A stretch of DNA of 64,000 nt from the human T2T-CHM13v2.0 reference genome, Homo sapiens: assembly GCF_009914755.1 (NCBI RefSeq), contig NC_060928.1. The stretch is one strand, 5' to 3'. A model generated the notes under the pieces. The model was not told the DNA's origin. It searched no databases and worked only from the letters and a program-made list of their open reading frames with translations. How positions within the stretch are numbered: the stretch's first letter is position 1; each line of letters starts with the position of its first letter. Positions 22,415-35,458 of the stretch are shown here, one piece after another. Position numbers and translations under genes: made by a program.

Positions 22415-22613
22415 CAGGGTTGTTCAATCTTTTGGCTTCCCTGGGCCACATTTAAAGAAGAATTGTCTTGGACCACACATAAAATACACTAGTACTAACA
22501 ACAGCTGGTAAGCTAAAAAAAAGAAAAAAAGCAAAAATCCTCATAATGTTTTAAGAAAGTTTACGAATTTGTGTTGGGCTGCATTCAAAGCCATCGTGAG
22601 TTGGGCAAGCTTG
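22415..22613 (+). mobile_element. MER30 hAT-Charlie DNA transposon
   Basis: cagggttgttcaatcttttggcttccctgggccaca...gggcaagcttg; perfect 8-bp TSD TTTTATAG (22407-22414, 22614-22621). Confidence 0.92.
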
Positions 22614-23399
22614 TTTTATAGTTTTCATTGTAGAAATCTTTCACTTCTTTAGTTAAGTTAATTCCTAGGTATTTTATTTTATTTGTAGCTGTTGTAACAA
22701 ACTATTTTCAATGGTAAAGACAGGTTTCAGCTCAGATATTTGAGTGCTATCAATTTTAGGACTGATTTTTTTTTTTTTTCAAAAGATAAAAGTGTTGCTG
22801 TCTTTTTGGCAAAAAGCACTTGAAAATGCTGTTCTAAATAGAAATACATGTAGAATGAGCTACTGATTGCTGTGGCTCTTTTGATATGATAATAGTTTAA
22901 TATTAAAACTGAAATGTTTTTGTGATATACTGCGAATGAGCTCATTGCTCTTAATTCATATTACACCACCTTTAAAATCCTGTTCAGGTAGCCTTCTCCA
23001 GGAGTTCCACCCTCATCCCCAAGCCATAAGTAATCCTTTCCTCCTTTGAGTTCCAGTAGCACTCTTTATACCTCTCTTTGTATTTATAAACTGGGCCTTG
23101 AAACATAATTATTTGTATTTCTTTTCCCTAATAAAATACGAGTACCTAAGCACAAACTGATAAACATTCAGGTTAAACTCAACGGATATGTTATTGAATA
23201 TCTGCTTTGTCCAAAGCACTGTGCCTAAAGCTATGCAAACATGAGTATTACACCGCTCTTGTCTTTGTCACGTTGTTCCTCATAGTGCCTGGTCTCCCTC
23301 TTGACATTTTTCTCTTGTATTCGAGGATGCCCTTTTTTTTTCCTCTTACATCTCTTGCCACTACTTCACAGTGTATTTTGTCTCTGTCTCTAGTAGACA

Positions 23400-24435
23400 T
23401 GTGAATAATGAATATGCCCAACGCTTGCTCTCGAACACTCTTCTCTTTTCAATACACACCCACTTTAGGTAATCTTGTTTATTCTCGTGCACCTAAAATA
23501 ATATCTTTATGCCAGTGACTCTCAATTATCTATCTCTAGTCCAGACACTTCTGAACATCAAGTCCACATATTCTAGTTGCCATTGAAGTCTCCTGGGCAT
23601 CACGGAAATGAATGTCTTAAAGAAAACTCTTCCTCTTTTCTTCCACATTTGGTCCTGTTCTCCAGGAAAGCACCTTCGTCCACCCTGCTGGCAAGCCAAA
23701 ATCCTGATGTGATCTTGGTCACATGCTTTCCCCCACCCTCCACGTTGAGTCCATCACCAAGTCCTGTTGATTCTGCCTCTGAAGTATCTTCCTCCTCTGG
23801 CTCTTGCCCACATGCCAGCCCACAGTGCTGGCATAATGGACCCTCGTGGCACTTCTGCTCAGTCCCCACAGCGTTGTCACAGTGACTATTTAAAATCATA
23901 AAGCAGGTCTTGCTTTAATCTCCTTGATTCTCGTTGTTCTTAGAGTAAGATTTAGAAATTCTCAACGTGGCATCTGTGTATCAGTCCTTTTCCAGTTCCA
24001 TCTTTTGACACCCCCACCCTCTGTAATCCAGCCACAGTGGCATTCTTTAAATTCCAGAGGTTTGCTGAATACCCCCTCACCCCACTGTCCCTTTAGGGTT
24101 TTGCACAAGCTCTTCCTGTTGAGGACCCCTTCTACCAAGTGAGCCCCACTAACCCTCTCAATTGAAACACTGTTTCCTCAGACAGGCTCCACCCAAGCCC
24201 TCAGACTAAATTAGGATCTGTTCTCTTGGCATATCTAGGTATCCTGAACTTAGAGCACCTTTGGTAATTACTAAGATTTCTTTTGTTGGCTGATTATTTG
24301 CTCAATATCTGGCTGCTCCATGGTCTGTAAGATCCCTGAGGGCAGGGATCATGTCTGTTTTGTTCACACTCAGGCCTAGCACCAGACACATAGTAGAGAG
24401 TCAATACCTATTTGTGGAATGAGTAAAATAAATCA
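23400..24435 (+). mobile_element. L2 (3' portion)
   Basis: ccatcaccaagtcctgttgattctgcctc, ctgtaagatccctgagggcagggatcatgtct, terminal tatttgtggaatgagtaaaataaat. Confidence 0.75.
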
Positions 24436-24499
24436 ACATAAAAGTTCAAAAGCACTCTAAAATATTGCGCAACAGAATGTGTTTAAAACTTAAGGCTCT

Positions 24500-24807
24500 G
24501 GCTGGGCATGGTGGCTCACGCCTGTAATCCCAGCACTTTGGGAGGCCGAAGCGGGTGGATCGCTTGAGCCCTGGAGTTCGAGACCAGCCTGGGCAACATG
24601 GTCAAACCCCATCTCTACTAAAAACACAAAAACTAGCCAGGCGTGGTGGCGGGCACCTGTAATCCCAGCTACTCTGGATGCTGAGGCATGAGAATTGCTT
24701 GAACCCGGGAGGCGGAGTTGCAGTGAGCCGAGATTGCACCACCGCACTCCAGCCTGGTCGACAGAGCAAGACTCTGTCTCAAAAAAAAAACAAACAAACA
24801 ACAGAAA
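24500..24807 (+). mobile_element. AluS with 15-bp TSD
   Basis: TSD AAAACTTAAGGCTCT at 24485-24499 and 24808-24822. Confidence 0.93.
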
Positions 24808-24969
24808 AAAACTTAAGGCTCTAACTTAATATATGGAAGTAAGTTTCTAACCCTTGTGAGAAGACCTTTATTAGTTTGTGACTAAACCAGGCGTGTGCTG
24901 CTTTTCTGATCTGTCCAATTTTAGAATTGTTATTACCAAAGTATATATTTGACAACAGGAAAAATATAT

Positions 24970-25320
24970 TTTATCAGTTTGACAACAAATATTTATTGAT
25001 CATCTGCTGTTTGCTTGGCATGGTTGTAGATGCTTGGGATACAGCTGGTGGGTTGCAGCTTACTTTCCCACGGAGGACAGACAGTGTACACGGAGAATTT
25101 CAGCTCCTGAAAAATACTCTGGTCTAAATAAAACAGAGCCGTGGCAGGGGCAGGGGGGCTAGAGAAGTCCTATTTGAAAAGATAACATTTCAGCTAGCAT
25201 TGGAGGGACAGGGAGTCAACTGCGGGAGATCTGGGGAGAGCTTTCCAGGCAGAAGGAACTGCCAGGACATCTGAGGAACGGAGGGGTGGGCAGTGGCCCT
25301 TGGCACAGTGAATGAAGGAA
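24970..25320 (-). mobile_element. L2 fragment
   Basis: aacaaatatttattga..; ttccaggcagaaggaac. Confidence 0.55.
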
Positions 25321-25649
25321 AAACACACACTTTTATAGAGATGCCATGACTTGGAGTTCTTATTCTGCCCATTTTGGTTGGAGACAATGATGATGTCCAG
25401 CTCATAAGAATGTTGCTAAGTAAGGTAATGAAGGTAAATAGTAGTAATAATACACATCACTGATAGTTTTAAACATCATTAATATGCCTTCCACAGAATT
25501 TATGTGAAGGAGAAACTGATAAAGTAAATGTTACTTTAACTCATGGCTTTGTTTATGTGTTTGTTTACTAATTTATTATCTTTTAAAACTGTAGACTGTG
25601 TTGCTAATTATCTGCAAACATTAATGTTTATGTTGATTTCTCTTTAAAG

Positions 25650-25729
25650 GTTAAAAAGCTAAAGAGAGAGCTCTCACAGATGAAGCAGGAACTGCTCTAT
25701 AAAGAACAAGGCTTTGAAACATTGCAGCA
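25650..25729 (+). CDS. WWC2: WWC2 coding exon (exon 5, 80 nt): VKKLKRELSQMKQELLYKEQGFETLQ(Q)
   Basis: Acceptor ttctctttaaag|, donor CA|gtgagt. Translation matches the WWC2/KIBRA-family coiled coil; phase 2 joins the next exon (CA+A=Gln). Confidence 0.96.
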
Positions 25730-27012
25730 GTGAGTATGAAAAGACTGAATCAACTTTAGAATAAGCTCCCTAACTAGTATGAATACAAAGAAAATAGAAG
25801 TACAGATTACATAAGCGATTTCTTAAAGAAACGTAAAGTAAAAAAGTTCAGAGCTCTACACCAAAAGAAAATAAAGCAATCAACCAACAGATAAAAAAAC
25901 TTGGGAAAGATCTATGCACTTGAAAAGATCCAAAGTTTTTATTAATCATTGGAGATCCAAAGAAACCAAAGTGAAAAGCCTTTGTCTTACCTTTATCTCC
26001 TGGACCCTTGCTGGCCTCCTCTGAGATTGTGGTACAGAGCTAAGAGACTAGGCACAAGAAATTCCTCTCCACATTCGGCTGGGCTGGCTGTACTTGACCC
26101 CTGTGTGAGCCTGCAGCTGCCCTGGGCCCTTGGGTGGAGGCGTGTCTGTCTCTCTCTCTCTCTCTGCCAGCCCCAGGGATGACCTAGAGTCTAACCCTGA
26201 CAGATGGCAGGGGAGCAAGAGCAAGTTAGGATTATTAGCAAAGGAGCGGGAGTGCGCTCCTCACTTCCTGGTTCCTCTACCTTTCCCGTTTGCTACTGAA
26301 GTTGGCTGGGCCGTTAGCAGAGCCCTAAGCTGGGCCAGGTAAAGTGGAAATGGAGGTGACAGAGGGTCACAGGATGAGGATATCCCTTCCGCATTCCCGG
26401 CCCCTGAAAGCCACTGTTCTCCCTGCTGCTGAGGCCCAGCCTATCCAAACCGTGACAGGCACACCTGAGACTTTCTAATCCTGCAGTCTCCACTCCACAG
26501 GGCCTCTCATGGGAGAGAAGCAGTCCATGGTTTTCACAGCCACATGACCACGGAGAGGAGTTAAAACTTCCCTCCTGCTTGGTGCCTTCAAGTGCGGTGC
26601 AGTATTTTTAGGGATGTCCCTGGTCAGTTTTGTGTTCAGGCAGGTTTCGTGTTCTTCCCGGCATCTCCCGTGGTAGCACCTCAGGAATGCCAAGCTGGTC
26701 TCAGGCGCCACCTCTGTGGAAAGTACCCAGCTGTGTTCCTTTTCCCTGTGGAATCTTACTTTACCTTCTGCTCTTATTTGGGATGCTCCAAGCAGCAAGC
26801 CCCTTTAAAGATCCTGTGTGTCACTGGCCAGATAAACAAACTGGTTGTTCTTGTTTGGGTGATTAGTCATATCTTGGGATACGCAGGCACTGCTCTTGAC
26901 CACCAGTCAGACGCATGACTTTAATTTCACACGTGCTGTTATCATCCAGACTCCTTTTTTCCTGCTTACCGCATAGAATCATGACCCTGATACTCCTTCA
27001 GATGCTCCCATC

Positions 27013-27152
27013 CTAGTGGTTCTCAAACCTGACTGCATATTAGAATAATCTGGAGAGTGCTTAGAAAAATAATGTTTCTAGTCTCTATGCCAGGTATATT
27101 TTATGAGATCCCAAGTGCTTCTCAAGTCCAGCCCTGTTGTAAGAACCTCAGC
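27013..27152. mobile_element. MER5A-like hAT element
   Basis: tagtggttctcaaacctgactgcatattagaat..ttgtaagaacctcag. Confidence 0.65.
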
Positions 27153-29202
27153 TGGTTGCAGAGCTCCCCGATAAACCAGGCAGAACTAGAATGACATAAA
27201 TGCATTATTTAGTAATTGTTTATCAGCATAAAGCAGGGCTTCGTGGTGGGGGTGGGGAGAGAAAACAGAGTTTGAAGAGTGCCGTAACGTGTTTAGCCAT
27301 ATGTTCCACATTTTTAAGGCACATGAAATTATAACTCGCGTCACCATTTGGGATTAAAGGTTAGCCAAACTTGCTGTCTTTGTTATATTGATGTAACAAT
27401 GCTGTATTGTTTCAAAGCAGTTTGCTTGCAAGCAATTTTTATAGGAATCTAAGGCATGTTTAAGAATCTGTCAATAACATTCCACAAGAAAACAATAGAC
27501 ATTTGTTGTAGAAATTCAGGCATTCTCTTGGAATGATTCTAATCCCTTGAACCGAGAGCAGAAAGATATGATATCTAACATCAGAGACCTCTCCTGTTTA
27601 TCTTAACTATAGACAAAATAAAGCTGTTCTTATTCAAATGTTAACCACCATACTACTAAAACACTGAATGATCAACAATCAAACCCAGCAGCCAGACTTT
27701 TTAAGAAACCACATTCTTGATACTATAAAGGGACTTATATTTGTGGCATGACAGAAAATATATTTCAGGAAAAGATTTAAATAGAATCTGATTGTAGGCT
27801 TTGTAACTTTTATTTACAATAGAATGGAATATATTTGTTGAATCTGGAATTATAATGTAATTTAAACTTGAGCTTTCATTTTACTTGGTACAATAGTTTT
27901 ATACTGGGTAGACAAATGTGGCATTGTTCTCTACGTTATTCATTTCAGTTTGTGGTCCCAAATTTGACTTCGGCCTAAGCAGCAGTGTAGTATATGTGTA
28001 AATGGATACCAGGAAGATGCCTGTTTCCATTTGCTGCCTCCAGTGTGCATTCAGAATTGGAAAACAGGCTAGTGATGAAACAGCAAGTCACAGGCATATA
28101 CAGATTCTGTGAAAATTTGGTTCTCAAGGTATACACTTTCCAGAGAAGGAATGCAAGTGAACATATTTTATCTTTCAAAAGAGACTAATATATTGAGTGA
28201 AAATTAGTTATAGGGCACACTCAAGTCAAGAACTTCCAAAAGAAATTTTAAGAAAAAAAACAGCTTTTCTCATATTAAGAACAAAAAGCATGATACTTTA
28301 AGTCAGCAAATGATGCTCATACTTCGGTTTATTTTATGACAAGTTAGGGTCAAAAGAGAAAAGGTGGGAAATGAAAAGTGGAGGAGAAAAACAAGAAACA
28401 GTGAAATAAAGGAAAAAGGCAGCACTTAAAGTAGAGAAGTTCAAAGGAGGCAAAAGAAAAAGAGCAGAAACGTTCCATGGTGAAAGCTGAGCTGTGTTCT
28501 TCACATTTAGCATTCTGTTGAGCAGTGGATAGCCAAGAAATTTTCATGTATTCAAAGCTCTCTGAAATTTAAATTAGCAGTCTTGAACCAGTCCTGCTTT
28601 TATTTTTTAAACGTTAAGGTTTTTTTCTGAAAACAGCTTACCTGCTTTTATTTTCAAATGATAAAGTTTATGTTCATTTCTGAATCAAAGATTTGTTTTA
28701 TCATTAAATTCTGAAGACTTTACACAAACAGGAAGAAATTACTTGAGTTTTAGAAATTCACTTTGACACAATTTCAGATATCCCTATTACTACCTATTTT
28801 ATGAAACCCCACATTTTAGTTTTTATTTTTAGTTAAAAAGTGCTACATTTGAAAATGCCAAAATGCTATATTTGGAAATATCATTTGTTTTATTTAGTAA
28901 GCCATTTCCTCAGCCAAGTTGGTGGATATAATACTTCAGGGAGTCAGAAATTCCATTGATAAATCTCTTCCCAAATAAGTAGAATTAGCTGATATTCAAA
29001 GTACTTCACTAGTCCCATCAGATATTCTAAATGTGGTAGTCATAAGAGCCCCAGTTCTGAATCTGTCATTTTAGGATAGTTCCCCTACTAGCTAAGTGTC
29101 TGTGCAATTTGGGGTATAAATTTGCATTAAGTTTCTCCCTTGCCTTCTTCATTTGGAAGAAATGTGACTAGGGGATCTTTAGGGGCCCTCCCCATTCTAA
29201 AC

Positions 29203-29204
<2 letters not shown>

Positions 29205-29256
<52 letters not shown>
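29205..29256 (+). repeat. (TG)26 microsatellite
   Basis: Perfect dinucleotide run of 52 bp. Confidence 0.97.
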
Positions 29257-29257
<1 letters not shown>

Positions 29258-30034
29258 ATGTGTTTAATCTGTGACTTGATTGGTTGTACTTTATTATCAG
29301 ATGATCTTATGATCAAGTTTATTTTATTTTCTTAGGTTCTTGAAGTCTTTAATTGCTTGTTCAGCAGCATAAGATAGTTACTAAAACAGTGCTTGGGGAA
29401 ATACATTATCTATAAACCGCTCTTGTTTGAGTGGACTTTGTTTGGAAGAGTGATTAAGATGGCATTGCTTTATTTTTTTTCAGATTATACCTTTCACATT
29501 GAAAATAAGTATTAATTATTAAATGTTTTAAACCAAACGAGCTCAGAGCCTGTTTTCCCCGATTCAGTAGGTACTATTTCTCTGGAGACTCTGGATAAAA
29601 CCAAAAATATGTCTAAGAACGTGTATAGAGTTGTTGGGTGGGGCAGAGGCATAGCCATATGTCCCACAAGGAGAACTCGTGCAGTATTCATAATGAATCC
29701 CAGATAGCACAGGCAGCTGGGGAGGACCAGGAGAGTGATCATGAAGAGTACATGAAACTATTTTTTTAAAAGAATTAGGTAATTCGATTAGGCCCTTCGA
29801 ACACAAAGAATTAGGTTACGTGAAATCCTCTAGCCTAAGGTGACGATGTAAACTGCAAGGACACTTGGTAAGCAGCTCTGCAGGGATAATAAATTAGCTC
29901 ATTGAAGAGCTGTTTATTCAATATGAGTTGAGAAATGACTACTGCCCTTCTGCCGTTTTCCTAAGTTTGAACTCATCCAGCAAGTCAAGCAATTTTATCT
30001 TGACTCATAACTTTCATAAAAGCAGAATAAATAT

Positions 30035-30064
30035 TATATATATATAGAGAGAGAGAGAGAGAGA
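30035..30064 (+). repeat. (TA)n(GA)n compound microsatellite
   Basis: tatatatatata followed by gagagagagagagaga. Confidence 0.85.
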
Positions 30065-30460
30065 AATAAAAACTAACCACACAATCCAAACATTGTAGGA
30101 TACTCACTAGTATAAATAATAATTTACTTATTAACCATTTATTAAAGGCCTCCCAAGCTGCAGGCCCTGTGCCAGGTTTTGCACAGACATTACAGCAAAA
30201 CATTATGTAAATCAGGTGGCAGTTTACTTGCCTCTGTGTTCTTCAGCTAAAGCATTTGCCCACGTCTTTTACCTTTCTTGGGTGAAGATCAGGATCAGCA
30301 CTTGATAAGGTTTGGGTTCAGCCAGCAGTGGGATCATTCAAACAGATTGAAGGCAAAAAGACATGCGTTTGTTTGAGCCCAAAAGTGATTAGAAATGGAC
30401 TGGGTTTGAAGTGAGGGATGGGAGAAATCTTAGCCGCCTGTGATTAAAAGAGAAAGGAGG

Positions 30461-30813
<353 letters not shown>

Positions 30814-30880
30814 CTACTCTCTGTTTAACTTATATGCTATCATTCTTTGATATTTTTTCTTTCTTTTTCTCTTTTCACAG

Positions 30881-31010
30881 AATTGATAAAAAAATGTCTG
30901 GAGGCCAGAGCGGGTATGAACTCAGTGAAGCCAAAGCCATTCTAACAGAACTAAAATCTATCAGAAAGGCAATTAGCTCAGGAGAAAAAGAAAAACAAGA
31001 TCTGATGCAG
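30881..31010 (+). CDS. WWC2: WWC2 coding exon (exon 6, 130 nt): [43 protein letters not shown]
   Basis: Long polypyrimidine tract ending ttttcacag|, donor CAG|gtacat; frame continuous with flanking exons. Confidence 0.97.
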
Positions 31011-31989
31011 GTACATTATAAAACATTTTGTTAAGCCAAACTTCTACCTTCTGAGGCCCCCAGAAACTCTTACTGGGGCAGAAGTGCTCCCTCAGAGTCT
31101 GGATGACCCTTCTACCTCTGCCACATTTGTGCAGAATGGGCCCTGTGGAGATTGTTGCAGGCACAAAGGTAGCCTGCTGCCTTGGAGGAGAGCAGAGTGA
31201 TTCCAACTGACTGGTATGCTTCGTTGTAAGCAGCCTTTGGATGGCCTTTGAGATAGTGGGTGGTGGGGCCTGGAGCTCATGTGAGGAGATTAACATCTTG
31301 GTGCACCCTGAAACTCACTGAAAACTTCATATGAGTCCCCAGTAAGCAGAATTCTCAGCCCAGGATACACAAGGGATATATCATTTGCCATCAGTAAGTA
31401 GAAGGCTTGCCTTTTGGGGATGAGGCTATGTGAGGAGCTTAGAAAAGTTTTCCGACCCAGTTGATTCTGGGGTGCCAGCTAAGGGTGGGGCGGGGAGTGC
31501 TGACCCAGCTGGGGGATGCCTATACAGTTACCCTAGCAAAGCTGCCAATGGCCATAGATCCCCTTACTAAACCTGTTCACTTCTCAGCCTGTGGGTCTTA
31601 ACTCCCAGTGATCCAGCATCATGTGTAGAAAACACAAAATAGCCGTTAAGTGATCAGTATTCTCAGTATCTATACTATCAAATACAGTCAAGTTTTTTTT
31701 TAAGGGTGTCTCTCTTCCTCTCCTTCCCTCCATCCCAAACACTAAGAATTCTTATTTCGTATATTTGGAGTTCTTACTTAGCTGAGGGATAATTTAGTCC
31801 GCATCTATGGGAAAATGTTAGAGTCACTGATGATGTTTACATTCTCAATAGAACATCTACATTTAAATACCATATTTAACTACTTGATGTTGGTTTTCAA
31901 AATATTAGTTGAATATAGATAAATATTCTTGGATCCATATAATTTTGCATTACTTGCAAGAAGAATATAAAATAATATAGAAAAGACAA

Positions 31990-32220
31990 AATAATAATAG
32001 CATGTAATTGTAAATACTGACTTTGTGCCAGACATTCTTCTAACTGCCTTGCATATAAATAATTCCCTTGATCCTCACAACAGCCACTAAAGGTAGGCAC
32101 TGTTATTATTCTCAGCTTACAGACGAGGAAATTTCAGCACAGAAAAATTAAAGTTTCTTAAAGTCATACAGCTGGTAAGTAGCAAGACTATGGTTCAAAC
32201 CCAGGCAGTCTGGGTTAACG
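31990..32220 (-). mobile_element. MIR
   Basis: atcctcacaacagcc..acagacgaggaaa..ttcaaacccaggcagtctgg. Confidence 0.75.
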
Positions 32221-32547
32221 TGGTTTTAACATACATATAACACATGCAAGACTTTACTTGTGTGTATTTTGGTTTTGTTCCACAATTGTCTTGCTGATTA
32301 AGTCAGTCATTCCAGAAATGCATGTAGTAGGTCCTTTAAAAAAAAAAGTTAATAGAACTGGAGCAAATCTACATTGGAACCTTCTAATTCAACAATTTTA
32401 GGTCATCTTTCATTCTTCCTATAAACTTTGGATTCATCTGCAGGCCTGATTAAATTAAAAGATTAGATCCCTTTTCAGTTACTAAATTACATTAATTAGT
32501 AGATGCAGAGATTGACAATAGAGTTAGAAGAAACTTTAGATATCTTC

Positions 32548-32829
32548 TGTGACTTTCAAACCTCTTTGACCACAGTAAGAAATAGATTTTACATCAAAAC
32601 CCAGTAACACACAATTGTGTGTACCTATAGATACACAGGTGTGCATGCACGCGCACACACACACATACACACTCCAAATGAATTTCACAGAAATATGCCT
32701 ACTCTTAAACTGGTGATGTACTCTGATTTTATTTTCTAGTATCTTCTATTTCATTTAAAAAAATACTAGTAACAACCTACTAAATTGATAGAATGCATTG
32801 CCATCACAGATGAGTTTGAAGAACACTGA
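32548..32829. mobile_element. Old hAT-Charlie-type element (MER113-like) within a MIR remnant
   Basis: gtgactttcaaacc..cacagtaagaaat..cagatgagtttgaagaacactg ends. Confidence 0.5.
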
Positions 32830-32939
32830 CTTTTTTTCACTGTATAGATGGAAAAATAGAAAAGACTTGCACAAGGTCACTAAAAGGTTTTTTTGTTCTT
32901 TTCTATATTATTTGATGTGACCATTTAAGTTTTATCCTC

Positions 32940-33278
32940 ATATATATATACTATATATACTATTTATACTATATATACACTATACTATATATATACTATA
33001 TATACTATATATATACTGTATATACTATATATGCTCTATATACTATATACTATATATATGCTATATATGCTATATATACTATATATACTATATACTATAT
33101 ATACTATATATACTATATACTATATATACTATATATTATATGTACTATATTCTATATACTATATATACTATATGTACTATATATACTATATACTACATAT
33201 ATACTATATATACTACATAATATATATATAATATATATACTATATATATATTATATATATAGTATATAGTATATATAT
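32940..33278 (+). repeat. AT-rich (TATATAC/TATAC)n tandem repeat with terminal inverted repeat
   Basis: ~340 bp of tatatac-type units; orientation flips at 33251. Confidence 0.95.
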
Positions 33279-34178
33279 CCCTTTGAGAGAAAATAGAGAA
33301 AGTTAGGTAAAAAATTTCAGATCTCTGATATTTCTAATTCCTCCTAATCATGAAAATTTTAAATATCAGGATTAAATACAGGCTCTTTTGTTGATAATAA
33401 TGGTTTCTTATCATTTTATTAGGATTACCCTAGGGTTTCCTTTTTATTGTTTTAAGTAATTCAGATTAGTCTTTCCTTTTCAATACTTTCACTTGTTCAT
33501 ATCCTCCCTCTAAAGTAAACACAGTTTATTAAACCTGAGTGCCCACAGCAGGCACATTTGCTTTTGATTATTCTCTTTACCAAGCCAAACATGTCACCAC
33601 AGGCAGTGCCATGCAGTAGACACACAGATGGGCTTGTTCCATGCCTGTGCCACTCATTAGCAACTTCTGAGCCTCAGTTTCCTAATCCCTAACATTGATG
33701 TGAGCTAAATAATCTCTTGGGTCCTGTCCAGATGTACAATGGCTTAATTGAAGAAGTCTTCAAAGTAGGAAGTTCTTTTACTGTATCTAAAATGAGAGAT
33801 TATGTTATAGATATTCTGTTTCCACAATTTCAGCTGCATGAAGTGAGTGGGTTCCTATTGAAATAGAGATAACTTCTTAATGAAATTTTTAGAAATAAGA
33901 CATGCATGTATTTTAAAGATACCGTTCATAGGAAAATGCTGTTTTGAGATAGATAAGACAACTGGTTTAATATGATCTCGCTTCCAAAGTCACATGTATG
34001 GAGGTGCAAAATTATATCCTGCTGTTATTTTTTCAATTATATAAAATGGTAAGTACCTACTAAAATAAAGTTGTTTTTTTCCATTGAGATTAGCTCTTTC
34101 CTTTTAATTTCACCTGGTAGGGAAGGTTTGCTGTCTTACTTGTTAAGCTTTATGAAACACTTTGTGTTTTCTGAACAG

Positions 34179-34325
34179 AGTCTTGCTAAGCTGCAGGAGC
34201 GGTTTCATTTGGATCAGAACATTGGCAGATCTGAGCCAGATTTGAGATGTAGTCCTGTGAACTCTCATTTATGTCTCTCCAGACAGACCCTTGATGCTGG
34301 GTCACAAACAAGCATTTCCGGAGAT
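34179..34325 (+). CDS. WWC2: WWC2 coding exon (exon 7, 147 nt): SLAKLQERFHLDQNIGRSEPDLRCSPVNSHLCLSRQTLDAGSQTSISGD
   Basis: Acceptor ttttctgaacag|, donor GAT|gtaagt; KIBRA-family DAGSQT motif. Confidence 0.96.
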
Positions 34326-35384
34326 GTAAGTTATCTATGCTGAAGAGTTGGCCCAGTGTTGTCCTTGATGGGCCTTAATTGCAATATGGATGGTGAACTG
34401 GAACCAGAAGTATATGTGACTTGGATTCTGGCTGTGTGCATTCAGTGTTCCATTTTCGTAAGATTAGTTTTAAAAATCATAGCCTTATCTTTTCTATCTA
34501 GGTGCCAAGTATGTCAGGATTTGTCCATATGAGTAGCTTTGTTCAAACTTTCTCATGCTATATTCCTTTAGAGACACGCTGAAAGGCTAGAGGCATATGA
34601 GAATTTAACTTTTTCCTATTACGTTTAGAGTCTTGGAAATGTAGGTCCTTTCAAATAAACATTAGGCCAATGAGAAACAGAAAAACATGCCTTTTAAGAC
34701 TAATAAGAAAACTTGTTTTTGTAAATCTTAATTGATTATATTAAAATGTTTAATTTGTGATTTATATCTGCCATTTAAATATTTAATGTGGCTTGGCTAT
34801 TGTTAACTATTTTACCTTCTCCATTTTGGGATGCCATTAGCAGGTATTTACTTCTCAATACATTCCCATTTCTTTTCATATTCTTTTATGCTGCTTTGAA
34901 ATATGTGCTGTGAAAGTAAAACAGGTAGAGATCAACAGTAGGGCTTACCTGTTTGAAAATTAATTTTTGAACTTATTTAGTTTATATTTTGTACAGTTGA
35001 AAGCTAAATGCTAGAAATTAGGCTCATAAAGGCAAAAAAATTAGTTCCAGTTCATAAATTTTATTGACCTGTACACCCTTCATAAACTCTGAGATACCAG
35101 ACACATTTACCTTGGTATTTACAGTATCAGGATATTTTTTATCTTGAATTTAACGTGTAGAGAAAATAATGTTAGAGTCTTTGAAAAACAGATGAGCTTG
35201 AATTGAAAGAAATGTTTTGCCCCTACTGAGACAATAAAATAAGTGTCTTTTAAAATTGGTGTTTCCCGATTTCAGTACCATCTTCTTTAACTTTTCAATT
35301 ACACATACTTCCCAGAAACAAAAGCAATTTACTTCATTCATTAGCAGAGTTAATTGACTTTTTTCCTTTTTCTTTTTCCACTAG

Positions 35385-35458
35385 ATTGGAGTAAGAAGTA
35401 GATCAAATTTAGCTGAAAAGGTCAGGCTAAGCCTACAGTATGAAGAAGCCAAAAGAAG
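35385..35458 (+). CDS. WWC2: WWC2 coding exon (exon 8, 74 nt): IGVRSRSNLAEKVRLSLQYEEAKR(S)
   Basis: Acceptor tttttccactag|, donor AAG|gtaatg; LAEKVRL..YEEAKR conserved in the WWC family. Confidence 0.96.

Larger units (their letters stand above)
21480..22700 (-). mobile_element. L1 ORF2 fragment hosting nested MER57 and MER30
   Basis: ttcccagcaccatttattgaag, gggattgcattgaatctgtagat, ccaatccatgaacatgg. Confidence 0.85.
19100..26150 (-). ncRNA. Candidate antisense spliced lncRNA (possibly WWC2-AS1); boundaries tentative
   Basis: Near-consensus minus-strand donors at 25990 (AAG|GTAAGA), 20119 (AAG|GTAAGT) and 19652 (GTG|GTAAGT); minus-strand AATAAA at 19132-19137; GC-elevated motif-rich segment at 26.0-26.9 kb. 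The name is from recollection only. Confidence 0.3.

Noticed and set aside
26703-26720. GCGCCACCTCTGTGG as a CTCF site
   Set aside because: One-base spacing error relative to the core consensus; much weaker than the 42427 site.
33031-33231. Tyr/Ile-rich 66-aa ORF
   Set aside because: Translation of the TATATAC microsatellite.
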